NCBI RefSeq assembly: GCF_006345805.1
Contig: NW_021826554.1
Location: forward strand, 1 to 12,235
From: Octopus sinensis
Taxonomy: Eukaryota
Direction of reading: 5' to 3'
DNA: 12,235 nucleotides
A program made the translations under genes and the position numbers. Shown here piece after piece: positions 1-9,299 of this stretch. The notes under the pieces are model-generated. The model made no database searches, was not told where the DNA came from, and was given only the letters and a program-made list of their open reading frames with translations. Numbering within the stretch: the stretch's first letter is position 1; every line of letters starts with the position of its first letter.

Positions 1-686
1 GGAGGGAAAAAAAGAAAATACATTTGTTTTTGCAAAAATAATAATAAATATATACAAAAAAATTTAAAACTAGGTACTCCGATACATTGTAAAGTCTTTG
101 TGCATCTTGAGTTTAACGATAGTTCACGACAAAAATTACCTTGAAGTATTGAGAGCCAATGGATTAAATCCATGTGTTGTTTAATTTAATTAAGGGTATC
201 TCTTAAGTAAATGGCACAAACAGGAATATATAGTCCAGTTCCTGTGTTGTGAATAAGGGGAGACAACTCTATGGGTTTTAAGCTCTTCAATTTGTGTTTA
301 TCAATTTTTTGTAATAAAGGGTGTTACTAAACCTTAATTATAAAATTATATCATTTTAGCTTCATTTGCATTATCTTTTTTTATATAAATTGTTTGCTAA
401 CTTAACATACAATTTTAACACTTTATTTATATGTTTTCTAATTATATAAATTTGCATAAAACAATTATAATTACATTTCAGATTGTTATGTCTATATAAT
501 AAAAAAATAATAATGAATAATAATAATAATAATATAATACTAATAATAATACTAATAATAATGATATTTAGAGAATATAAGTTTTTAGCTTGAAGTGATG
601 ACTGCATGGTATCCTTATGTATTTGTGTTAGTCCATCCATTGAAGAATGAGGTAGAAAAAAGAAGTATGATCAACGAGGTTTGCAT
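1..686 (-). other. AT-rich sequence downstream of the PLE ORF; probable 3' UTR/pseudo-LTR, boundary undefined
   Basis: Position directly 3' of the endonuclease on the minus strand. Contains a degenerate (TAA)n tract at ~497-565. No second copy in the window to define an end. Confidence 0.35.
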
Positions 687-960
687 ATTAAGATGCGTTT
701 TGAATTTTCAATAAAGAAATTCTCCTTGTTAATTCTCTGCTGTGTGGTGGATTCCGTCTTTACATTGGTAGAAGGGGAATATGTAGAATTTGGGATTTTT
801 GTCTTTAGCGCATGAGTCTATGTGGTCCTCAGTGGAATTTGCCGGTATTCCGGGAATTTATTTGTTCTTTATGCACTGCTACTCTTTTACGTAACGGGGC
901 TCGTTTGTTGTCCAACATAATTATGTTGGCAACCAGCGCATGTGAGAACGTAGATAAGTT
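687..960 (-). pseudogene. GIY-YIG endonuclease domain of the PLE (frameshifted)
   Basis: LIYVLTCAGCQHNYVGQ (958-908) carries the xIY...YVG motif with CxxC. It is followed by LRKRVAVHKEQI (conserved R and H), HIDSC, RINKE (catalytic Glu) and HLN (695-687, equivalent to GLN). Confidence 0.88.
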
Positions 961-2357
961 TCTCGGAGAACAGGAGAAGTTGGTCTTGATTTTAACTTTG
1001 TTCCTTGTTTGAAGATAATTCAGAGCCGGTCCCACAGTTTTGGGCGTGCACATTTTTTAACTGCTGGGGGTGGATGTGGTGTGTGAAGTTTGGCATTTGT
1101 CAAGAGTTTTTTTTAAAGATTTGTGTTGCCTTTTACATTTGAGGATTTTGAGAGTGTATTTATAAGTGTTTTTTCATTTTTGGGTCTGTTGACAATAGAC
1201 TGAGGTTTGTATGCTTCGATGTTTTTGTGGTTGTGGGTGAAATGTATGGAAGTATTTTGGGGTTGTGTGTGGTGTTGGGTTGGTGGTTTTCAGTGTAATG
1301 TTTCTAGTTCTTTGGCGCGTTTTATTCCATACTCTATAAGGGTGGAGGGATATTGGCGTTGTACATAGTGTTTTTTTTGAGTCTTGAAGGCGTATTTCTC
1401 GAGTTTGGGATCCGAGACAATGGTGGCATACCCTTTTAGCTAAGTTGAAAGGGATATTTGTCTGGTGTGTTTTGGGTGGCATGAACTAAAGAGAGGTATT
1501 GTTGTTGAGTCTGTAGATGTGTGATAGATGTCTGTTTATGATTTGTTTTTAGGTGTTTTTTTATAATTAGGAGATCAAGGAAAGGGGATGATGTTTGCTT
1601 AATTCCATAGTGAATTGGGATGTTGGGATGTATGTTTCATCAGTATGGTTTTGAATTCCAGAAGTTTTTCATAAGGTTCTTTCCATATGATGAACAATCA
1701 TCCAAATACCTTTTCCAGTTTTCCATTAGGTAGGTGGGAAAACATGTCCAAATTTCTTCTGGCGTGATATTTCATAGAGTGATAGTTCGAAGAGAAACCC
1801 TTATGAGGTTCGTAAGGACTGGTGCAGCCTGGTACCCATCGCAATACCACATTTGGACGGTAGTGTGTGTTGTCGAAGAGGAAATAATTGTTTGTAATAT
1901 GACTTGAGTGATTCCGTAATAAAGGTCTTGTGAATGCGGTCAGGGAATGTCTCTGGGTGTTTTTTCTGCCAGAATCAATTGCCTCAATACCATATTTATG
2001 TGGGATGTTGGTGTAGAGGTTGATGACATCAAAGGATACCAGGAGCGCCTCCTCGTTAACTGTTTTCGGAGTGTTTGAGCATGTCCAGATCATCCCTAAT
2101 GAAACTTTTGATGTGGGTAGGAAAGGTTTCAAAAGATGTCTAGGAAATTACTCAGGCGGTGTGTTTCACATAGTTGCCAGCCAAGATGGGCCTTAGTTTT
2201 TAGGTCCTCCGGTGCTTTGATGTTGATGTGGATGTCAGAGGAGAGTTTGCAGGCTTCGGTGATGTATTTGTTTTTATGGATTTTAGGAAAGCCATAAAAA
2301 AGGCTAGGCTTGCATTTGAAATTGGTGATATAATCCCTTTCTTTTTCTGTGAGTCCC
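687..2357 (-). mobile_element. Decayed Penelope-like retroelement (PLE) pol region: reverse transcriptase plus GIY-YIG endonuclease, many frameshifts; possibly Neptune clade
   Basis: Manual minus-strand translation across frameshifts gives PLE motifs in the correct order: GLTEKERDYITNFKCKPSLFYGFPKIHK (~2356-2273), LRPILAG (~2197-2177), LVSFDVINLYTNIP (~2042-2001), NNYFLFD, GIAMG (1848-1834), WKRYLDD (YLDD 1708-1697), PFLDL (~1585-1571), TNIPFNLAKR, RQHKSLKKLLT, a Cys-rich linker, then the endonuclease. Track ORFs 1698-2132, 1174-1482 and 829-1053 are pieces of it. Confidence 0.93.
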
Positions 2358-2358
2358 C

Positions 2359-2602
2359 TTAACCCCAGGCAAAACCAAGATAAAATCCAATTTCAGTAGG
2401 GAAGAATGGAAAAACCTACGTGACCTACAACTGGACAAAAACCTTACCATCAAAGAAGCCGACAAAGGGAGCGCTGTGGTCCTTATGGACACGGAGTTGT
2501 ATAAACACATAGTGCTTTCCATGCTAAACAACAGCACTTTCTATGAGGTTATTAACAACAAAAACCTCACCACACTCATACTCCAACACGGTCAGGGACT
2601 CA
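2359..2602 (+). pseudogene. Inverted N-terminal RT segment of the same PLE (DKG motif region)
   Basis: Stop-free plus-strand frame from 2359: LTPGKTKIKSNFSREEWKNLRDLQLDKNLTIKEADKGSAVVLMDTELYKHIVLSMLNNSTFYEVINNKNLTTLILQHGQGL. It contains the PLE-typical IKxADKGxAVV motif and ends at the GL where the minus-strand segment begins. Confidence 0.9.
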
Positions 2603-2658
2603 TATATATATATATATAGATATATATATATATATATAATATATATATATAATATATT

Positions 2659-2706
<48 letters not shown>

Positions 2707-2719
2707 GATATATATATAT

Positions 2720-2762
<43 letters not shown>

Positions 2763-2785
2763 TATATATAATATATATATATATA
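2602..2785. repeat. (TA)n microsatellite, imperfect
   Basis: About 180 bp of TA dinucleotide with sporadic interruptions, lying between the PLE 5' end and a SINE. Confidence 0.97.
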
Positions 2786-3100
2786 TGGAGATCAGTGGTT
2801 AGAGCGTCGGGCTCACAATCATGAGGTAGTGAGTTCGATTCCCGGATCAGGCTGTGTGTTGTCTTCTTGAGCAAGACACTTTATTTCACATTGCTCCACT
2901 TCACTCAGCTGTAGAAATGAGTTGGGATATCATTGGTGCTACGATGTGTCGGCCTTTTACTTTTCGCATGAATAATTTTGGTGGTATGGAGAGGGGGAGA
3001 TTGGTATGCATGAGCGACTGCTGGTCTTCCATAAACAACCTTGCCTGAACTTGTGCCTCGGAGGGATACTGGGGCACTTTCTAGGTACAATCCCGTAATC
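2786..3100 (+). mobile_element. tRNA-derived SINE, family B (tail type 1)
   Basis: A-box-like CAGTGGTTAGAGCG, B box GAGTTCGATTCCC and central TTGAGCAAGACACTTTATTTC...TTCACTCAGCTG. The head and core are shared with the copy at ~10701. Confidence 0.85.
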
Positions 3101-3154
3101 ATGAATTTTTTTTCTTGTGCACTTCGAGAACCAGTTCCAAAACCAAAGACGAAT

Positions 3155-3340
3155 TATGTGTGTTTTGGGTTTCCCCGCCTCTGCTTGACAACCAGTGTTA
3201 GTTTATTTACGTCCACACAATTTAGCAAAAGAGAATAATTGGAGTCGATTCATTCGATTAAAACATTTCAGGTCGGTGCCCCCCCCCCCGCCAGCATGGT
3301 CGCAATCCAATGACTGCAACAAGTAAACGATGAAGATAAA
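3155..3340 (+). mobile_element. SINE family A, 3' half, diverged
   Basis: GCTTGACAACC...TTTACGTCC...GTCGATTCATTCGA...CCAGCATGGTCGCAATCCAATGACTGCAACAAGTAAA aligns by eye to 8895-9065. Confidence 0.8.
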
Positions 3341-3379
3341 ATGCAATCACATACACACTCTGACCTATACGTCGGTTTA

Positions 3380-3473
3380 AACGAAGATCTTGTGACTCGG
3401 AATTTGGCATTCGGAAGTTCTGCGGAAATACATCTCATATGTATGTATATATGTGTGTGTGTGTGTGTGTGTG

Positions 3474-3504
<31 letters not shown>

Positions 3505-3768
3505 TGTGTGTGCATACATACACATATATATATACAAACTGTATCTGTGTTTATGTGAGAACCGGTGTCGTTGCAAAAAGCGTAACCGGTGTTCTGTCAA
3601 AATGCGCGACCCAGGCGATCTGGCAACTATTATTATAGATCGATAAAATATATATGGGTACCACAGAGAAAAATAAGTGCTGAGAGGTCGATAAGATCGA
3701 TTAAATCCCTTGAAGTTATTAATACCACCATCTAGGCAATACTCCAATGACTGTCACCAGTAAAAGAC
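3380..3768 (+). mobile_element. SINE family A, highly diverged copy with expanded internal (TG)n/(TA)n
   Basis: GAATTTGG...CGGAA before the microsatellite (3440-3535), then AACCGGTGT, AATAAGTGCTGAGAGGTCGATAAGATCGATTAAA and CCAATGACTG...AGTAAAAG in family A order. Confidence 0.55.
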
Positions 3769-3864
3769 TATCCATTCCATACGTACATTCTTTATATATT
3801 GCTGTCTGCTTCCTCTTTTACCTTTCCGCTGATCGTACTGGACTTCTGCTGAGGCTCATTCAAA

Positions 3865-3900
3865 GATAATAATAATAATAATATAATAATAATAATAATA

Positions 3901-3933
<33 letters not shown>

Positions 3934-4010
3934 TTGTATCATCCTTTTCCCTTTTGTGTTCTGCCCTTGCGGCCGCGCTAATGAAGTAAAGATTATTATT
4001 ATTATTATTA

Positions 4011-4043
<33 letters not shown>

Positions 4044-4052
4044 CATCATCAT
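3865..4052. repeat. (TAA)n/(TTA)n/(TCA)n trinucleotide arrays with a ~55 bp spacer
   Basis: Directly visible. The spacer (3935-3990) weakly resembles the family C tail at 7628-7686. Confidence 0.9.
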
Positions 4053-4059
4053 CGGCATT

Positions 4060-4232
4060 ATTGACTTTCATCGTTTCGAGGTCGATAAAAGAAGTACCAG
4101 TTGAACTCTGAAAGTTGATGTAATCGACTTCCGTCTCCCCCAGAATTCTTGGCCTTGTGCCAAAATTTTAAACCATTACTATTATCATTATCATCATCAT
4201 TATTATTATTATTATTATATTATTATTATTAA
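4060..4232 (+). mobile_element. SINE family C, 3' part (tail type 2) ending in (TTA/TCA)n
   Basis: TTGACTTTCATCGTTTCGAGGTCGATAAAAGAAGTACCAGTT...GATGTAATCGACTT matches 7545-7623. The tail GGCCTTGTGCCAAAA matches 9329-9345. Confidence 0.78.
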
Positions 4233-4372
4233 ACATATCACATACACATACACAGAATTTTCCGAGTCGTATTTAAAACTATGTAGTTTCGCTTTAAGAT
4301 TAGGCCCAGAATGGGATTTTTTAAAAAGATTTTTTTACTGCAGTTTTTGGATAGTGATTAATCGTTTGTATA

Positions 4373-4793
4373 CAGGCGTGGCCGTGTGTTAAGAAGCTTG
4401 CTACTCTACCACATGGTTCCGGGTACTGCATGGCACCTTGGGCAAGTCTCTTTTGCTATAGTCTCGGGCCGGCCAAACCCTTGTCAGCGGATATGGTATT
4501 AGACGGAAACTGAAAGAAGCCCGTCGTGTATATATATATGTATATAAAGTGTGTGTGTACATATATATATTATTAATAGAGAGGTAGACATAGATATATC
4601 TGTGTGCCTGAGCCCCACAACTGCTTGGCAACCGGTGTTGGTTTGTTTACGTCCCCGTAAGTTATCGGTTCAGTAAAAATAAGCTGATAGAATAAATACC
4701 AGACTTAGAAAAAAAAATGTTCTGGGGGTCGATTCGTCCCCTTCAGGGCGGTGCCCCAACATGGCCACAGTCTGACGACTGAAACAAGTTAAA
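4373..4793 (+). mobile_element. SINE family A, near full length (tRNA head, CORE-like domain, internal microsatellite, tail)
   Basis: Colinear with 8692-9070: GTGGCCGTGTG..AAG.AGCTTG, CCACATGGTTCCGGG, GGCACCTTGGGCAAGT (resembles the CORE-SINE motif CCTTGGGCAAGT), GGAAACTGAAAGAAGCC, internal TA/TG and GACTGAAACAAGT. Confidence 0.9.
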
Positions 4794-4844
4794 TGATATT
4801 TATTTAGAACGAACGCTGCCTTGGTGCATTGCCGACGAAAAGGC

Positions 4845-5047
4845 TTCTTTGTGGTCATTGGCCGAGCTAGAAATAGCAATCAAATCTCACACACACACAC
4901 ACACTTCTATCTAGAAGAAAACGGAGAGATGTATTGACTAATGTATCCCTAAGTATACTGGGTGAAAGAAGGCATGGGGATGATGTCTAGAAGCCCCATT
5001 CGGATCATATGTCAAGCTCGTATGGTTGACCTGGGGCTGAAGAACAG
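4845..5047 (+). mobile_element. Probable diverged interspersed-repeat 3' fragment (unclassified)
   Basis: Motifs GCTAGAAATAGCA...CAAATCTC and TGACCTGGGGCT resemble a cephalopod repeat tail from memory. Single copy here, so not self-verifiable. Confidence 0.35.
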
Positions 5048-5191
5048 TGACTCCCACTTGTCATATATTTAACATCTGTCGTCACAGTTACACGCAACAG
5101 CTATTTGTTCATACATCTTCACAACACCTACGTACATCAGACACGTTTACACGTTTGCAGCATCCGTCTTCAGTACTGCATTCACAGCCTT

Positions 5192-5642
<451 letters not shown>

Positions 5643-5664
5643 AGTATACACGTGCGCGCGTTTT

Positions 5665-5838
5665 CGGTTTGGTTAAGAGATTCTGAACCACGTGGTTCCA
5701 GGTTCGATCCGGCTACACAAACACTTTTGGCAGGAGTTTTCTATTTGTATCCTCGGGCTTTACCTATATTTTCGTAGTGAAATTTGGTAGACGAACAGAC
5801 GACACCAAGGAAAGCTTACCTCCCACGTATATATGTGG

Positions 5839-5878
<40 letters not shown>

Positions 5879-6030
5879 TCATAGTCTTAATAAGAAAGTT
5901 ATTCGTGTTTGCATCCTGTAGCCTAGCGGTTTGACTATTAGAGAACGACAAAATAGATGCTGGTGGAATCGACATTGCGAAGTAAAAATCTAAGAAGGCA
6001 GCTGCTCTAGCATGATCAATGTCCACCGAC
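5665..6030 (+). mobile_element. SINE family A, old diverged copy with internal (TG)n
   Basis: AACCACGTGGTTCCAGGTTCGATCC (B box), CCTCGGGC, GTGAAATTTGGTAGACG, (TG)n 5840-5876, TAGCGGTT and AAGGCAGCTGCTCTAGCATG in family A order. Confidence 0.7.
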
Positions 6031-6623
6031 TTCGAACCTATAGCTGTCGATTGTTCATACATTAAACGTCTTCAGAGAAATGCTGTCACTCCGTACATAC
6101 TACACCATTTATTTGTAGGTGTTCGAACAATCGTATTGTCACACACATCTTATTGGTTATTGGTTATTTATATACACCCGCTCACGTAAACACCTACGAA
6201 TCATTCGGTGTTGCTCGCCACATGACCGGACGTGCACCGACTTGGCCCGGCGGTTTAGATACGCATGCTTGTCTGGTTCGGTCCCGACACAGAAAATAGA
6301 GAGACACGGGGTTCATTTTTTTTTGTGTGTTATTCCACTTCTATATATGGGATAAAGTTAGGTCTATGTAACCCTTCTAATATATTTAATTTCTCCTCTT
6401 TCACTTTCGCTCTCTCTCTCTCTCAGTCCATCTCTGGCTGTCCTCATCTCTTGCTACTGTCTTCCGTTCTATGGTTATTGCCTGAAGTTCTTTTGAGTGC
6501 AGGTGGTAGTTATAAAGGAGGCATTGACACTCGTCTTTCTATTTCTATGCTAAATTATCCGTATTCATATAATATACTATATATATATATATATATAATA
6601 TATTATATATATATATATATAAA

Positions 6624-6695
6624 TATTTAAAAGCAGCAGAAATTTAACAAAAGCTGTTACACGGAGTTTTTGTTAAATTCTGCTGCTTTTAAATA
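6624..6695. repeat. Near-perfect inverted repeat (28-29 bp arms, 15 nt spacer)
   Basis: TATTTAAAAGCAGCAGAAATTTAACAAAA (6624-6652) pairs with TTTTGTTAAATTCTGCTGCTTTTAAATA (6668-6695), with a single 1-nt indel. Confidence 0.95.
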
Positions 6696-7094
6696 AAGCA
6701 TATTACTCTACCTCTGGTATTTGAGTACTCTTTTTTTCCACCTTGTTTCACATTTATGCGTTTACTCCGGTATATACATACATACATATATATGTATATA
6801 TTAGATTGATGTAAGACTTATTGTACCAAGACTTCTCTCTGTACATATGTAGGAAATATCCGGTGTGTTTTTTTTACTACATGTATATAAATATATATAT
6901 ATATATATGTATGTGGGTGTCCCGGTTCATACTCGGTCTCGTATCTATTCTGGGTTATAACTTGTGGGTGTCAAGACCTGTGCATATGTATGTATATTTG
7001 GATACGCGCGCATACATATACAATGTACGTGTGTGTGTGTGTGTGTGCTGTTTGTGTACGTACTTTTCTTGTCCTGCACATTTCAACTATTTTT

Positions 7095-7210
7095 ACTGCT
7101 GCTGCTGCTATTGAGGTTGTTGTTGTTGTTGTTCCTACATCTTTACTAAACATCATCAACACAACGAGCAATACCGTGTCATCATCATCATCATCATCAT
7201 CACCATCACC
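7095..7210. repeat. Mixed trinucleotide tracts (CTG)n, (GTT)n, (TCA)n
   Basis: Directly visible. Confidence 0.85.
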
Positions 7211-7502
7211 ATTAGCGTCATTTTCGCCAGCGACGCCATCACTATGCTTGGCTTCCGTTGTCGCCAACTTGCTAATTTAATAGCTACGCCTTCTCTTTCT
7301 GTCTCTGTCTTTCTCTTCTTCACTCTCTCTCTCTGCCTGTTTTTCTCTCTCTGTATATGTATACATGTATGTATTTGTGTGTGTGTGTGTCTTAAAAGCA
7401 CACCTGTGTATATGTATATAGGTGTGCGTCTACTCTGTGTGCATGTGTCATAAATTTAATAAATGTGTGTATGTGTATAAGTCCGAGCACACACACACAC
7501 AG

Positions 7503-7687
7503 CTGTCGTTACGTTCCGAGTTCAAATTCCGCCGAGGTCGACTTTGCCTTTCATCCTTTCGGGGTCGATAATTTAAGTACCAGTTACACACTTGGGGGGC
7601 GGGGGATTCAATGTAATCGACTTAATCCCTTTGTCTGTCCTTGTTTGTCTTCTCTGTGTTTAGCCCCTTGTGGGTAGTAAAGAAATA
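7503..7687 (+). mobile_element. SINE family C (5'-truncated; tail type 1), Nin-like central domain
   Basis: B box GAGTTCAAATTCC, then GCCGAGGTCGACTTTGCCTTTCATCCTTTCGGGGTCGATAATTTAAGTACCAG. Shared with 4060-4130 and 9410-9446. The Nin-domain assignment is from memory. Confidence 0.85.
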
Positions 7688-7860
7688 TATATATATATAT
7701 ATACTAATTATTTAGTATTACTTAAGTTTACCATGAAATGGTCCTTTTTTCATGCCGTTTTCTACTTGGTGAAATTATTGATTACTTCTTAATTAATTAA
7801 TTTTACCCTTTGTTATTATTGATATATATTATATATATATATATATAGATATATATATAT

Positions 7861-7897
<37 letters not shown>

Positions 7898-8035
7898 AAC
7901 TTGGATATGTTTCGACCAAAGATTGTCCAGGCCATGTCTAACTTAATAGCACCACCTATATATATATATATTATTTGTGTGTTACGTTTAATCTTACGAA
8001 ACTATAAAACGACGATATATATATATATATATTAC
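7685..8035. repeat. (TA)n arrays interrupted by short non-repetitive islands
   Basis: TA runs at ~7685-7702, 7822-7897, 7957-7972 and 8015-8032. Confidence 0.9.
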
Positions 8036-8627
8036 ATGGACTAGAAAATAGAAAATGTTGTCTACATAAACGAGCGTGTACACACACAGAGAAACCATCC
8101 TATGTATGTATAATGTTATGTGTGTGCAGATACACACGCGCCATTTTAAGGGAGAAAGATAGGGAGAAAGAGAAAGAGAGCATGTACACGGGATATAAGG
8201 TGCCCCCAAACACGCCTGTTTATGATACATGTGTATGCTCTGTGTTTTTATGTGTATATGTATATGTTTACGTGAATGTGTGTCTGTGTCTATGTATAGT
8301 TGTGTGTGTGTGTAACCATCACAAGTTTAAATAGTTCTTGGATTTTTCATCTTTAAACTATTTTAAGAAGGGAGAAGGGAAAAAAATGTAAGAACAATAA
8401 AGAACAAATAGAATTTTCTTAAAATGCCTGATTTTCCTTGGATTTCATTGCATTTTTGAAAATGTAAAAAGGAAAAAAAAAAAAATGTCACGTTGTCTTT
8501 GAGATTAATAAAGGTGTACTTTTTTCTGGTTCCTCCCCTCACCTTTTTCTTCCTTTTTTAATTTCTTTTTCTTTCCTTTTTAAATATTTCCGTTCCTACT
8601 TCTAACTTCTTTGTTATCTCATTAAGC

Positions 8628-8657
8628 TTATTGTTATATTATTATTATTATTATTAT

Positions 8658-8693
<36 letters not shown>
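8628..8693. repeat. (TTA)n followed by (TAG)n microsatellite
   Basis: Directly visible; resumes as (TAG)/(TTG)/(TGG)n at 9071-9120. Confidence 0.95.
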
Positions 8694-8696
<3 letters not shown>

Positions 8697-9070
8697 CTGT
8701 GTGGTAAAGTAGCTTGTTTACGAACCACATGGTTCCGGGTTCAGTCCCACTACGTGGCACCTTGGGCAAGTGTCTTCTACTATAGCCCCGGGCCGACCAA
8801 AGCCTTGTGAGTGGATTTGGTACATGGAAACTGAAAGAAGCCGTTGTATATCTGTATATATATGTTTGTGTGTCTGCTTGTCCCTCCACCCCACATCGCT
8901 TGACAACCGATGCTGGTGTGTTTACGTCTCCGTTACTTAGCGGTTCGGCAAAAGAGACCGATAGAATAAGTACTAGGCTTACAAAGAATAAGTCCTGGGG
9001 TCGATTTGCTCGACTAAAGGCGATACTCCAGCATGGCCTCAGTCAAATGACTGAAACAAAGAGTAAAAGA
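8692..9070 (+). mobile_element. SINE family A, best-preserved copy
   Basis: A box GTGGCTGTGTGGTAA, B box GGGTTCAGTCCC, CORE-like CACCTTGGGCAAGTGTCTT, internal TA/TG tract and tail ending GACTGAAACAAAGAGTAAAAGAG. Highly similar to the reverse complement of 11693-12205. Confidence 0.93.
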
Positions 9071-9299
9071 GTAGTAGTAGTTGTTGTAGTAGTAGTTGTG
9101 GTGGTGGTGGTGGTGGTGGTAAGTTGTACATGGGACGATATGAATGACTGTTCGCACCCCCGAAATGTGTCGTACCCCTTATGCCTATACAAACATTCAT
9201 TAGGGAGTCGATCAAACTGACCCTTTTCTCCTTCGATTACTATACTCCCACCACTACCCCCACTCTCCCACAAATATTGCGGATATTTAATATTCTTTC

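Noticed and set aside
371-640. 89-aa ORF with a hydrophobic I/L run resembling a membrane protein
   Set aside because: The run is the translation of a degenerate (TTA)n tract in AT-rich DNA.
912-929. Perfect 18-bp palindrome CCAACATAATTATGTTGG
   Set aside because: It lies inside the endonuclease codons for C-Q-H-N-Y-V-G, and nothing indicates a separate function.
2304-2537. Minus-strand 77-aa ORF appearing to continue the PLE
   Set aside because: It is mostly antisense to the true RT segment, which is on the plus strand here.
2786-2850. tRNA-like sequence with A and B boxes
   Set aside because: No complete cloverleaf or acceptor stem; it runs directly into a SINE core, so it is a SINE head rather than a tRNA gene.
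6971-7280. Overlapping low-complexity ORFs (poly-D/T/A on minus, poly-S/V/A on plus), with a possible minus-strand GTACGT donor near 7064
   Set aside because: Trinucleotide tracts keep several frames open on both strands, there is no domain, and no convincing acceptor. A real exon cannot be fully excluded without RNA-seq.
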